A stretch of 64,000 bases of DNA, taken from IMG/VR virus record IMGVR_UViG_3300050507_000132, positions 1 to 64,000 of that record, one strand, 5' to 3'. The stretch is from a virus. Taxonomy: Duplodnaviria; Caudoviricetes. Positions within the stretch are counted from its first letter, which is position 1, and every line of letters starts with the position of its first letter. This document shows, piece after piece, positions 29,361 through 38,767 of this stretch. The translations under genes and the position numbers were made by a program. The notes below the pieces were generated by a model. That model had not been told where the DNA came from, made no database searches, and saw only the letters and a program-made list of their open reading frames with translations.

Positions 29361-30266
29361 ATGAAGATCACATTTCGGACCCTCGCAGCTTCCATGGCTG
29401 CGGGGGTCCTTGCCATGCTGGGCGCGGCATCACCCGTCCCGGCGGCCGACACGTTCCCCTCGCAGGACGCCTGCCACGTTACGAACAACAATCTGCCGCA
29501 GGGCAACTGCGGAGCGTTCACGCAGGTGTACGCCGAGAACTTCAATGCGGTACAGGTTCCGGTGGGCGCGTTCAGTTCCTGCGCCGGGGACGGCGACCAC
29601 AAGTGCGAAGGCCTGCGCACGAAGTACCCCCGCTACTACACAACGCTCGGTGCGTACCCCAATGGATGGCCCGACACGGCCGCCTCGGGCGCCGACGGCA
29701 ACAACGGACCCGTACCCGGCTACTACCGGCCGCAGGACACCATGAGCGTGATCAAGCAGTCCAACGGCGACGGGCAGATGCGGGTGCGCATGTGGCGGCC
29801 GTCGACCGGCGGCGCCAACCACTCCTCCGCACCCGTCCCGCTGAAGTGCATGAACCTGCGGTACGGCAAGTTCACCGAACGTCTTGTCGTACGGACGCGG
29901 ACTCCCGGATACAAGATGGCGCACCTGCGCTACACACCGGACGAGGTCGACTACCCCGAGGCGGGCAGCGCGTTCGCGTCCGATCCGGTGATGGAGTTCA
30001 CGCACGGATTCGCCGAATCGTCGGCCGTGGCGGCACCCTCAAGTGCGTGGACGTCGTGGCACACCTACTCCACGGAGATCACGCCGGGCCGCGTGCGTTT
30101 CTACTTCGACGGCCGCCTGTTCAAGACCGTCAACGCCGACTTCCCCGACCGGGCCGACTGGATCCTTCAGAACGAGAGCGCGCTGGGGAGCGTCACCGGA
30201 GCGGCCCGGGGCTCCTCGGTCACGATCGATACAACGTGGCTCACGTGCTACCGCTGGAACGGGTGA
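29361..30266 (+). CDS. Secreted GH16-like (ConA-fold) glycoside hydrolase
   Basis: Signal peptide; EVDYPE (ExDxxE) motif; WHTYSTEITPGRVRFYFDG. Confidence 0.7.
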   Translation: MKITFRTLAASMAAGVLAMLGAASPVPAADTFPSQDACHVTNNNLPQGNCGAFTQVYAENFNAVQVPVGAFSSCAGDGDHKCEGLRTKYPRYYTTLGAYPNGWPDTAASGADGNNGPVPGYYRPQDTMSVIKQSNGDGQMRVRMWRPSTGGANHSSAPVPLKCMNLRYGKFTERLVVRTRTPGYKMAHLRYTPDEVDYPEAGSAFASDPVMEFTHGFAESSAVAAPSSAWTSWHTYSTEITPGRVRFYFDGRLFKTVNADFPDRADWILQNESALGSVTGAARGSSVTIDTTWLTCYRWNG

Positions 30267-30301
30267 GGGTCGTGCCCCGTCACCGTCGGCGCCGGATCGG
30301 C

Positions 30302-30628
30302 ATGTGGGTCGGCCGGGAGACCTACCTCGATCTGTGGCGCCGGTACACCGAGCTGCTGGCCGCGTACCGCGCCCTGGAGGCCGATCATCAGGCGGTCCTG
30401 GAAGACCACGAAGGTCTGCTGTACGACATGGAGCAAACGCTTCAGGTTCCCGTCTCCCGGCCTGCGAGCCGGGCCGTACCCAGTTGGGCCAGGACCGAGG
30501 AGATGCCCGTCGTGGAGGCGCCTCAGTCCGGTCTGGACCCCTCGCAGACCGATGCCCTGATCCGCCGGGGTGACATGCTGCGATCCCCGAGCGGCCGTTG
30601 GAGGGTGGGAACCGATCAAAACGGGTAA
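30302..30628 (+). CDS. Coiled-coil protein
   Basis: Heptad-like YTELLAAYRALEADH. Confidence 0.45.
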   Translation: MWVGRETYLDLWRRYTELLAAYRALEADHQAVLEDHEGLLYDMEQTLQVPVSRPASRAVPSWARTEEMPVVEAPQSGLDPSQTDALIRRGDMLRSPSGRWRVGTDQNG

Positions 30629-30675
30629 GAGCGATTAAGGTAAACCAGATACCGGACCAAGGAGGGAGGGCACTC

Positions 30676-30924
30676 ATGGATGCCCAGGAGATCAAGAGGC
30701 CGCGCGGCCGACCGCGTCCGGCGGAGACCGTCGAGAGAGACAGGCGCATCCTGGCGTACCTGGCCGACGGCGGCCCGAAGCGTCGCAATCAGATCGTGGA
30801 CGATATGGGGCTGGACAAGTCGATCGTCTACCTTTCCCTCGCTCGTCTGCGCCGGAGGGACCTGGTGTGCACATGCTCCGGTACGGCCGGACCGAGAACC
30901 CTCTGGAGTGTGAAGGAGACGTGA
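30676..30924 (+). CDS. AT-hook + winged-HTH protein
   Basis: RPRGRPR; ILAYL..GPKRRNQIVDDMGLDKSIVYLSLARLRRRDLV. Confidence 0.7.
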   Translation: MDAQEIKRPRGRPRPAETVERDRRILAYLADGGPKRRNQIVDDMGLDKSIVYLSLARLRRRDLVCTCSGTAGPRTLWSVKET

Positions 30925-30928
30925 ACCA

Positions 30929-31300
30929 ATGTCCCTGACTCCCCGAGGCGAGCAGCACCTGACGCTGCGGGACATGGAGGGAAACGTCGTCTATCAGGGA
31001 CCGGGCCGGATCGAGTTCGAATCCGTTCCGGTCCCTGAAGCTCACCGGCGGGTGGTCAACGGGCCGCTCTCCAGGGCCGCACAGTTCCGGCAGTACGTGA
31101 ACGCGGCGTGTGGGGACCTGGGTGCTGTCCAGGCCCTTCTGTGTGAAGGCCCCCGGCCGGAGCACGACGAACTGATCACGTCCACCCGGGCCGAGTTCCC
31201 CTACGACCCGTACGGCTATGGAGAGGCCTGTCCGGAAGGTCCTTCACGGTGGACTCCGCCGGAGGACCCCGACGAGAGGATCCCCTCGTGCCCCGCCTGA
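30929..31300 (+). CDS. Hypothetical protein
   Basis: ORF with AAGGAG SD. Confidence 0.5.
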   Translation: MSLTPRGEQHLTLRDMEGNVVYQGPGRIEFESVPVPEAHRRVVNGPLSRAAQFRQYVNAACGDLGAVQALLCEGPRPEHDELITSTRAEFPYDPYGYGEACPEGPSRWTPPEDPDERIPSCPA

Positions 31301-31427
31301 GGACGACCGTGGACAAGGCTCTGCATCAGGTGTGGAGGGGCCGCCGCAAGGTGACGGCCCGGCAGTTCAACCAGGCTGTACGGGACACGGTTCTGTGCCG
31401 GTGCTGCTACATGGTGGAGGTGCCCCG

Positions 31428-32078
31428 GTGACCCGCATGACCGTCGCGGTCTGCATCCCCACGATCCCCGGGCGGGAGGAGCTGCTGCAACGGGCCCTCC
31501 TCTCCGTGCACGCACAGCGCCGGAAGGCCGATCAGATCGTCATCGAGCGGGACAGCGAGCGCACGGGAGCGTGGGCCACGCGGAACCGTGCCCTTGAGCG
31601 TGTCACCACAGACGTGATTGCCTGGCTCGACGACGACGACACCCTCCGCCCCAACCATCTGATTGCCTGCATGCGGGTGATGGAGAACAGTCCGTCCCGG
31701 CCGGACCTGGTCTACCCCCGTCCCCGGATGATCGGCGGTCCGGATCCGACGGCCGTTACCCATCAGGGCCGGTTCCCGGTCAGTCCGTGGGGGATGCGGT
31801 TCATTCCGGAGTTCGCGGCGCACATCAGAGCGGTGGGGTCGTTCATTCCCATGACGCACCTCGTACGCACGGACGCGGTACGCCGGATCGGAGGCTTTAG
31901 GCCCGGCTACACCGTGAACGGAGGCCGCTACCGGGGCGAGGACGAGGACTATCTGATCCGTCTGCTGGACGACGGCGCGGCCCGGCGCCGTGCACCTCAG
32001 GACACGTTCGAGCACCTCGACGCCGTGACCTGGAACTGGCGGGTCCACTCCAGCCACACCGCAGGGAGGGGCGTATAG
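31428..32078 (+). CDS. Glycosyltransferase family 2
   Basis: VAVCIPTIPGRE..L.RAL.SV; RNRAL; WLDDDD; GEDEDY. Confidence 0.8.
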   Translation: MTRMTVAVCIPTIPGREELLQRALLSVHAQRRKADQIVIERDSERTGAWATRNRALERVTTDVIAWLDDDDTLRPNHLIACMRVMENSPSRPDLVYPRPRMIGGPDPTAVTHQGRFPVSPWGMRFIPEFAAHIRAVGSFIPMTHLVRTDAVRRIGGFRPGYTVNGGRYRGEDEDYLIRLLDDGAARRRAPQDTFEHLDAVTWNWRVHSSHTAGRGV

Positions 32079-32148
32079 GCATACGGCCCTGGACATAGAC
32101 CGACAGAACCCCGGACAGAGCATGTCCGGGGTTCTTCTGTGTCCCGAT

Positions 32149-32268
32149 GAGACGCTGCAACGCAACGGCCCCGAGACGCTGCAACGCAACGGCCCCGAGA
32201 CGCTGCAACGCAACAGCCCTGGGACGCTGCAACGCAACGGCCCCGAGACGCTGCAACGCAACGGCCCC
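32149..32268 (+). repeat. Five tandem 24-bp repeats, non-coding
   Basis: GAGACGCTGCAACGCAACGGCCCC x5, with copies 3 and 4 slightly variant. Confidence 0.95.
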
Positions 32269-32380
32269 GGACAGCTTGTGTCCCAGGGACTGTTTGACGG
32301 GTGTCCCAGCAGGACATACCTTTGAGACACACTGATTTAGGAAAACCGACCAACGATCAAGGAAAGGCGGGGCAGGTATC

Positions 32381-33436
32381 ATGATCTCCAAGAAGATCGC
32401 GGCTACGTCGGGTCTCGCTGTCCCGGCCGCGATGGCTCTGGGAATGTCGGCCGACACTTCCTACCGCTTCCTCGGAACCGCGCTGGGAATCACCCACCCC
32501 CTGGAACGGGGCCTGCTCACCGGCACGGCTGAAGCAGCCGTCGTCGCTCTTGCCCTGTATACCTGGGCGACCGGGATGAAGGGTGCCGCCCGTCTGGCGT
32601 ACGCGTGTGTTCTGGTCCAGTCCGTACCCGCGTTCAGGGTGTCGGGAGGAACCGGCGGCATGGTCCGTACGGCTCTCGGCCCGGTTCTCCTGGTGGTCCT
32701 TCTGCACCTCCTGCTCGGCCTTGAGCTGCGCTTGTCCAGGTCGGGCCCTGTGAGCCTGACAGGGGCCGCTCTGCGGGAGCTGAAGGAGCGTCTGACTGCG
32801 TACCTGGGCATCGGGCGCAGGGGGCAGGATTCGGCTGCTATAGCCCGTTCCAGGGCTGCGGACAGGGCCGTCCGGCTGACGGCCAAGGTGGACCGTGCGA
32901 AGAACGGCGCCCGTAAGGACCGCCTGACCGCACGTCTGGCGGATGCCCTGGACAGGGCTCAGCACGGGCTCGATACAGCCGAAGCGATGACTGCGGAAGC
33001 CGTCATCGTGTCCCGGGTGGTCCGCCGCAAGTCTGCATCGGGTCTCGCCGGGATCGGGAACAGGCGCAACTGGGACGAACTGTACCGGGACGCGGATCCC
33101 GTCTCTGGGACGCGTCCCGTTGCACCGGTCGTCCCTGAGACGCGTCCCGTTGCACCGGTCGTCCCTGAGACGCGTCCCGTTGCACCTGTGCGCAACGCCC
33201 CGGCCGTCCCGAAGGAGCGTCCCGTTGCACCGGCCGTCTCTGAAACGCCGGTCAGTGAGACGCAGACGCTGCTCACCGTTGCGGAGGCGGCCGTCGTTGC
33301 GTCCCAGGTGCGCGGTGAGACGGTGACCCCCTCCACGATCCGCACCTGGAAGCACCGGGGGCGTCTCAGCCCCGCACTCGACGGAGACACGCTCTTCGAG
33401 CGGGACGCCGTCGTCTCAGCCGCAACGCGCAAGTGA
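32381..33436 (+). CDS. Spd/transfer-like membrane protein with 10-aa repeats and C-terminal HTH
   Basis: 4-5 TM segments; TRPVAPVVPE repeats (30-bp units near 33106-33190); LLTVAEAA...TIRTWKHRG. Confidence 0.6.
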   Translation: MISKKIAATSGLAVPAAMALGMSADTSYRFLGTALGITHPLERGLLTGTAEAAVVALALYTWATGMKGAARLAYACVLVQSVPAFRVSGGTGGMVRTALGPVLLVVLLHLLLGLELRLSRSGPVSLTGAALRELKERLTAYLGIGRRGQDSAAIARSRAADRAVRLTAKVDRAKNGARKDRLTARLADALDRAQHGLDTAEAMTAEAVIVSRVVRRKSASGLAGIGNRRNWDELYRDADPVSGTRPVAPVVPETRPVAPVVPETRPVAPVRNAPAVPKERPVAPAVSETPVSETQTLLTVAEAAVVASQVRGETVTPSTIRTWKHRGRLSPALDGDTLFERDAVVSAATRK

Positions 33437-33463
33437 GACATCCAACCGAGAGGAACAACGACC

Positions 33464-33955
33464 ATGACCACACCCACCCGTCCCACGGCGGCCAAGAAGA
33501 CCGCAACCCCCAAGGCGGCCCCCGCCGGACCGGCCCCCACGGCTGCTCCGGCATCCACCTCGAAGTCCCTGGAGCACCACCTCACCACCGTGGCCGAAGG
33601 CGACGTGATGGGGCCGACGGCCCTGTACGAGTGGCTGGAGTCCCTGCGCGCACTCACCTCGGGTCTGTCGTTCATGGTGCACGCGGCAGCCTCCCAGCTT
33701 GAGGCTGCGGCCCGTCAGGGTGCCCGGCAGTCCACCGACGGCCGCCTCACCCTGCGTCAGAAGGTGGATATGGCCCGGGTACTGCGGCAGATGGGCCGCC
33801 GTCTCGACAACGGCGCGGCGGAGGATCTCCTGACCTGCGCTTCCAATGCGGTCAAGACGTACAGCCTGATGCAGGACTTCCTGGAGAGCCTGGAGTCCGA
33901 CACCGTTTCCCGTCCTCACCGCAGCTCTCGCGGTGGCTTCGACCTGGGGAAGTGA
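33464..33955 (+). CDS. TraA-like plasmid transfer protein
   Basis: Helical protein directly upstream of the traB-like gene; assignment is mainly positional. Confidence 0.4.
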   Translation: MTTPTRPTAAKKTATPKAAPAGPAPTAAPASTSKSLEHHLTTVAEGDVMGPTALYEWLESLRALTSGLSFMVHAAASQLEAAARQGARQSTDGRLTLRQKVDMARVLRQMGRRLDNGAAEDLLTCASNAVKTYSLMQDFLESLESDTVSRPHRSSRGGFDLGK

Positions 33956-33956
33956 C

Positions 33957-35954
33957 ATGAGCGGCTACCGGCGGCCCCGCCTGAGCGCGGGCCTCTACCT
34001 CGGGGAGAAAACGGCTCCGTACGTGGCTCCGTGGCTGCTCGCGCTGGGTGCCATGCCGGTAGCCGTCGGAGTTCATTTCTTCATCGGCGACGACGCGAAA
34101 TGGATGGTCATCCTGGGGGCTGTCTTCACCCTGATGACCCTGGGCACGTGGCGGACCTGGAAGCACCGCAAGCACGAGACCCGGCTGACCGCCACCGTGT
34201 TCACGGGCGCGATGCTCGGATGGATCGCCCTGGCCGGGGCAGGAACGCCCTGGTCGGGCGACCTGTTGAAGGCATGGGTGGTCGGCGGGTTCTCGTGCTC
34301 GGCGTTCTGGTGCATCCGGCATGCGGGTGTCGCCGCTGGACACGACCGTGACCGGACGGACAAGGAGGACCAGTCCTGGCTGGCCGGAAAGATCTCGGCC
34401 TTCAAGGGCAGCAAGGTGACCTCCGTAAAGGAGACGCCGGACGAGATCCGTGTCCGTCACGATCTTGAGACCCCTGTCACCGCCGGAGATGCGCAGCGGA
34501 CCGTGGATCAGATTGCCGCCGTCGCCAAGGTCGGAAAAGACCAGGTCAAGGTGCTCAAGGTGAAGGGCGACGAGTCCAAGGTGGACGTCGTGCTCAACCG
34601 GGCGACGGACACGTCCAAGCCGGTGAAGTACCGGGGTCCTTCCGCACCGGGGCAGTCCTGCGCGGCGGCCCCGTTGTGGCTGGGACGGCGCACCGACGGC
34701 TCGGACATCGAATGGTGGATGCCGGGGGATGCGCACCTGGAGCAGCCCCGCAACGTCGTCCACACCAAGTGCACCGGCACCACCGGCGCCGGGAAGACGG
34801 AGACGATCTGCACGGCCGTTCTCGACATGCGCTGGAGGACGGACATCGTGCCCGTGGTGGGGGACCCGGCCAAGTTCCAGCAGGGATTCGGGGACATTGA
34901 GGAGTGCCTCGGACTCGCTGCCAAGACGAAGCCCGAAGTTCTCCAGCTCCTGGAGAACCTGGCTGGTCCGGTCATCGAATACCGCTCTGAGCTGCTGGGA
35001 TCCCTTCGGCGCTCGGACGGGGGCATGGGCTACAAGCAGTGGGAGCCGGAGTGCTACACGCTGCACGGCGTGCCGTTCCTCTTCGTCGACATTGAGGAGG
35101 CGGCCGACGTCATCATGGACCGTGACCAGGAGGTCTACGAGGCCGCGCGCAAGCTGCGCTCCCTGGGGATCAAGCTGTGCCTGAGCACCCAGACCATGCC
35201 GCACGACGATATCCCCCGTAAGGCCCGGGGCCTGTTCGGGGAGTCCCTGGCCCATGGTCAGAAGGAGTACCAGGACGCCAAGTACGCCCTGTCCGAGGAG
35301 ACGCTGAACGCCAACGCGGACCCCACCAAGTGGGGCGCCGATGCTCCCGGAAGCGTGTACGCGGAGTTGACCGGGACGGACAAGGTGCACTGGCCGGTGG
35401 ACGGCCGGGCCGTCTACATGACGGCCGCCGAGAAGTCGTTCTCCATCGAGGGTTCCCGGCAGTACTGGGCAGCGGTGGACGACGGGACGTACGAACGGCT
35501 CGCGTTCGGGATCGACCCGGCTCTGGCTCCGGTCGAGGAAGACGACTCTGACCTGGACGAATACGAGGACGAGGAGGACGAGGTGATCGGACGCGACGCG
35601 TACGCCGGAGTGGAGGGTGCGGACCCGAACATTCCCCTGACTCCGCCTCCGGCCGCGCTGGACATCAGCTTCAGTGACGGTCCGGGGCCGGAGATGTCCA
35701 GCGCGGACGCACGGGCCCGTCTGATGAACCGGCTTGAGGTACTGGCCCGCTCGGGACAGTCGGAGATCACGTTCCAGGACTTGGCCGACCTGCCCGGAGA
35801 GGTCGGCTTCACCCCTCAGTGGCTCTACAAGCAGCTCGGGCTGCTGGTGGACGCCGGAGTGCTGAAGGAGTTCCGGCCGCCGAAGGGTTCAGTGGTCAAC
35901 GGCCGGAAGGTCAAGGTCATTTACACCATCATCCGGAAGTTCGAGGCCTCGTGA
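33957..35954 (+). CDS. traB: TraB-like FtsK/SpoIIIE-family DNA translocase
   Basis: N-terminal TMs; GTTGAGKT Walker A; FVDIEEA Walker B; acidic linker; C-terminal wHTH. Confidence 0.75.
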   Translation: MSGYRRPRLSAGLYLGEKTAPYVAPWLLALGAMPVAVGVHFFIGDDAKWMVILGAVFTLMTLGTWRTWKHRKHETRLTATVFTGAMLGWIALAGAGTPWSGDLLKAWVVGGFSCSAFWCIRHAGVAAGHDRDRTDKEDQSWLAGKISAFKGSKVTSVKETPDEIRVRHDLETPVTAGDAQRTVDQIAAVAKVGKDQVKVLKVKGDESKVDVVLNRATDTSKPVKYRGPSAPGQSCAAAPLWLGRRTDGSDIEWWMPGDAHLEQPRNVVHTKCTGTTGAGKTETICTAVLDMRWRTDIVPVVGDPAKFQQGFGDIEECLGLAAKTKPEVLQLLENLAGPVIEYRSELLGSLRRSDGGMGYKQWEPECYTLHGVPFLFVDIEEAADVIMDRDQEVYEAARKLRSLGIKLCLSTQTMPHDDIPRKARGLFGESLAHGQKEYQDAKYALSEETLNANADPTKWGADAPGSVYAELTGTDKVHWPVDGRAVYMTAAEKSFSIEGSRQYWAAVDDGTYERLAFGIDPALAPVEEDDSDLDEYEDEEDEVIGRDAYAGVEGADPNIPLTPPPAALDISFSDGPGPEMSSADARARLMNRLEVLARSGQSEITFQDLADLPGEVGFTPQWLYKQLGLLVDAGVLKEFRPPKGSVVNGRKVKVIYTIIRKFEAS

Positions 35955-36016
35955 TCACACCCGTGATCACACCCTTCTCACGCCGTGATCACACCCGTGA
36001 TCACACCCGTGATCAC
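35951..36016 (+). repeat. clt-like direct repeats
   Basis: GTGATCACACCC x4 plus GTGATCAC, starting on the traB stop codon. Confidence 0.8.
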
Positions 36017-36113
36017 GGCGTGAGTGGGGTCCTGACCTAGGGATGTTCTCCCGGGCGGGGCGCCGGGCAGTCACGGGGACTGCCGACGAGACGGATACGA
36101 GGGAAACGGAATC

Positions 36114-36320
36114 ATGGAAAAGATCGTCGCGGAGGCCAAGCTGGGAGCTGCGATAGCTGCGGAGCTGACGCTGGGGTTCATCATCGGACTGCTGCTGCTG
36201 GGTCTCGTCCCGGGCGACCGGATGAACTTCAACGTCATCGGATCGGTCGTGATGGCGGCCGTCCTCGCCGGGCCGTACTACCTCGCGCACCGGTACGTGA
36301 AGGCACGGCAGAACCACTGA
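36114..36320 (+). CDS. Small 2-TM protein (Spd-like)
   Basis: Two hydrophobic segments. Confidence 0.55.
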   Translation: MEKIVAEAKLGAAIAAELTLGFIIGLLLLGLVPGDRMNFNVIGSVVMAAVLAGPYYLAHRYVKARQNH

Positions 36321-36331
36321 GTAAGGAGATC

Positions 36332-36739
36332 GTGACCATGGAAGAGCATGAGGACCGCCTGCCCGCCATCATCGAGTACCTGCGGATGAACCCGACGGAG
36401 AAGCTGCCGGGTTCATCCGTCACGGGGCAGGGGGCTCCGCAGGTGATCCACGTGCACGAGCACCACCACTACGCACCGCATCCGCCTCCGGCTCCACCCC
36501 CTCCGCCGACCCTGGCGGAGAAGGTGATCCCGTGGATATGGCTCGCTCTCGGAGCACTGATCATCGGCACGATCTGTGCCATGATCCTGGCCGTGGTGAT
36601 GGTCGCTCTGCTGATCGGCCTGGTGGGAGTTGCCGTTGCGGCAGCCGCCGTCGCGTACCTGATCAAAACGACCAGGGAATCTCAGATCAACATGGAGCTG
36701 ACGCGCGAGCGTCCGGCTCCGAGGAGGAACCAACGATGA
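36332..36739 (+). CDS. SpdD-like membrane protein
   Basis: His/Pro-rich linker followed by two TMs and a basic tail. Confidence 0.5.
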   Translation: MTMEEHEDRLPAIIEYLRMNPTEKLPGSSVTGQGAPQVIHVHEHHHYAPHPPPAPPPPPTLAEKVIPWIWLALGALIIGTICAMILAVVMVALLIGLVGVAVAAAAVAYLIKTTRESQINMELTRERPAPRRNQR

Positions 36740-37458
36740 CACCCCCGCTCGCAGTGATCGTCCCCACCCGGGGACGGCCCGCCAGCGCGGCCCGGCTGAC
36801 AAAGGCGTTCAGGGACACAGATGCCCTGAACGCCGTGCCGGTGTTCGTGGCGGACGCAGACGACCCGGAGCTGCCCGCGTACCGGCGGCTGCTCGACGAC
36901 GGCACGATCCCCCGTCTGATGATCTATCCATCGGTCACCGGCGTACGGGGACTGTGCTTCCCGCTCAACTACGCGGCCCGGCGGTACGCCGATGTGTACG
37001 GGGCCGTGGGATTCATGGGGGACGATCATCTGCCCCGCACCACGGGCTGGGACGACAGGATCATCGACGCCCTGGACTCCCTGGAGCCCCGCATCGTCTA
37101 CGGCAACGATCTGTTCCAGGGACCGAACCTGCCGACCGCCGTGTTCATGCAGAGCAGGATGATCAAAGCTATGGGGGTCATGGCTCCGCAGGTGATGCGG
37201 CACCTCTACCTCGACAACTTCTGGAAGGAACTCGGAGAACGGCTCGGCGGACTCGTCTATCTGGACGACGTGATCATCGAGCATCTGCATCCGGCCGCCG
37301 GAAAGGCCGCGATGGACGACGGCTACCGGCGCGTCAACGCCTCCGAGGCGGACCGGGCCGACCGGGAAGCATGGATCCGCTACCGAGACGGTGACCTCTT
37401 CGAGTCGGCCCTCCGGGCCGTCAGGCAGGAGTACGGACATGCGCGTCCGACTGCGTGA
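36736..37458 (+). CDS. GT-A fold glycosyltransferase
   Basis: VIVPTRGRP; FMGDDH; HLYLDN. Confidence 0.75.
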   Translation: MTPPLAVIVPTRGRPASAARLTKAFRDTDALNAVPVFVADADDPELPAYRRLLDDGTIPRLMIYPSVTGVRGLCFPLNYAARRYADVYGAVGFMGDDHLPRTTGWDDRIIDALDSLEPRIVYGNDLFQGPNLPTAVFMQSRMIKAMGVMAPQVMRHLYLDNFWKELGERLGGLVYLDDVIIEHLHPAAGKAAMDDGYRRVNASEADRADREAWIRYRDGDLFESALRAVRQEYGHARPTA

Positions 37459-38071
37459 GTGCCGCTCGCCGGAGGAGGAGCGCGCGTACTACGAGCGCGT
37501 CTACCCGGCTGGGTACCGGCACATGGTCTGGCCCGACCACGTCGAGCGCGTGGCTGCCTCGGTCGAGATGATCCGCCGGTACGGCAACAACATCAAGACG
37601 GCGGCCGACCTGTCCTGCGGGGACGCGGCCATTCTGCGGGGCATCGACGACTTGCTGGAGCAGGCATACGTCGGGGACCTGATCGGGGCCCGGGGCGACT
37701 ACCCTCTCCGGACGCACGTCCGGGTCGTGCAGGCCGGTCCGTTGCCGGACAGCTTGTGGTCCCTGCCCGAGGCACCGCTGCCGGTGGATCTGTTCGTGCT
37801 CAGCGAGACGCTGGAGCACATGCCGGACCCTGACGGACTTCTGCGGCAGCTCACCATGTTCAGCCAGTATCTGTTCCTGTCCACGCCGGTTGCGGAGTCA
37901 CCCGACTCCGGGAATCTGGAGCATTACTGGAGCTGGGACACGGCCGACGTCGGGGACATGCTGCGGCAGGCAGGGTGGACCCCGTTGGAAATGTCGCTGC
38001 TCGTTCCGGTGAGCACCCGGCACATGGAGAACGCCTACACCTACCAGATGTGGATGGCGGTGACGCGGTGA
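37439..38071 (+). CDS. Class I SAM-dependent methyltransferase-like
   Basis: AADLSCGDA; DLFVLSETLEHM. Confidence 0.7.
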   Translation: MRVRLRECRSPEEERAYYERVYPAGYRHMVWPDHVERVAASVEMIRRYGNNIKTAADLSCGDAAILRGIDDLLEQAYVGDLIGARGDYPLRTHVRVVQAGPLPDSLWSLPEAPLPVDLFVLSETLEHMPDPDGLLRQLTMFSQYLFLSTPVAESPDSGNLEHYWSWDTADVGDMLRQAGWTPLEMSLLVPVSTRHMENAYTYQMWMAVTR

Positions 38072-38652
38072 GGCCCGGCGTGACGGCGGTGATTGCGTCG
38101 ATTCCTCCCCGCGTCGGTACCCATCTGCACCGGGCCGTCGACAGCGTGCTTCAGCAGACCCGGACTGTGGATGCGATTAGTATCAGCGTCGATCACGGTC
38201 GTCTGGGCTCGGCGAAGAACCGCAGCCGGGCCCTGTCAGGTGTCGGAACGGAGTGGGTCGCCCTGCTCGACGACGACGACGAATGGTGTCCGGACCACGT
38301 CGAGTTGCTCATGCGGCACGCCGAAGAGACGGGTGCCGACCTGGTCTACCCATGGTTCACGGTGCCGGAGGGCTGGGATCCGTGGCCGTACCGGGAGGGA
38401 CAGCCGTTCGACGAAGCGCTGCTCCGGACGGTGAACTACATCCCGATCACGGTTCTGGTGCGGACCGAGCTCCTGTGGTCGGCCGGAGGCTTCACGGTCA
38501 AGGATCCGGCGAACACGGACAGCCTCTGCGATGACTGGGGCACCTGGGAGAAGCTGCTCGCCTCGGGTGCGAAGTTCTCCCACCTCAACCGCCGGACGTG
38601 GATTTGGCACTGGCACGGAGGCAACACGAGCGGAAGGCCGAAGGCATGGTGA
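38068..38652 (+). CDS. Glycosyltransferase family 2
   Basis: VTAVIASIP; LLDDDDEW; DDWG. Confidence 0.8.
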   Translation: MRPGVTAVIASIPPRVGTHLHRAVDSVLQQTRTVDAISISVDHGRLGSAKNRSRALSGVGTEWVALLDDDDEWCPDHVELLMRHAEETGADLVYPWFTVPEGWDPWPYREGQPFDEALLRTVNYIPITVLVRTELLWSAGGFTVKDPANTDSLCDDWGTWEKLLASGAKFSHLNRRTWIWHWHGGNTSGRPKAW

Positions 38653-38767
38653 TCCGGTTCTTCATCCGGGTCTGGTGGGCTCTCGTCCCGCACCCCATCG
38701 TCCCGACACCGTTCGCATCGGCCGTTTGCCGACGCTGCAAGCAACAGCACATGAGGACGTGGTTTTG

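Noticed and set aside
32122-32335. Short ORFs across the 24-bp repeats
   Set aside because: Repeat-derived translations occur in several frames, with no SD and no coding-like context.
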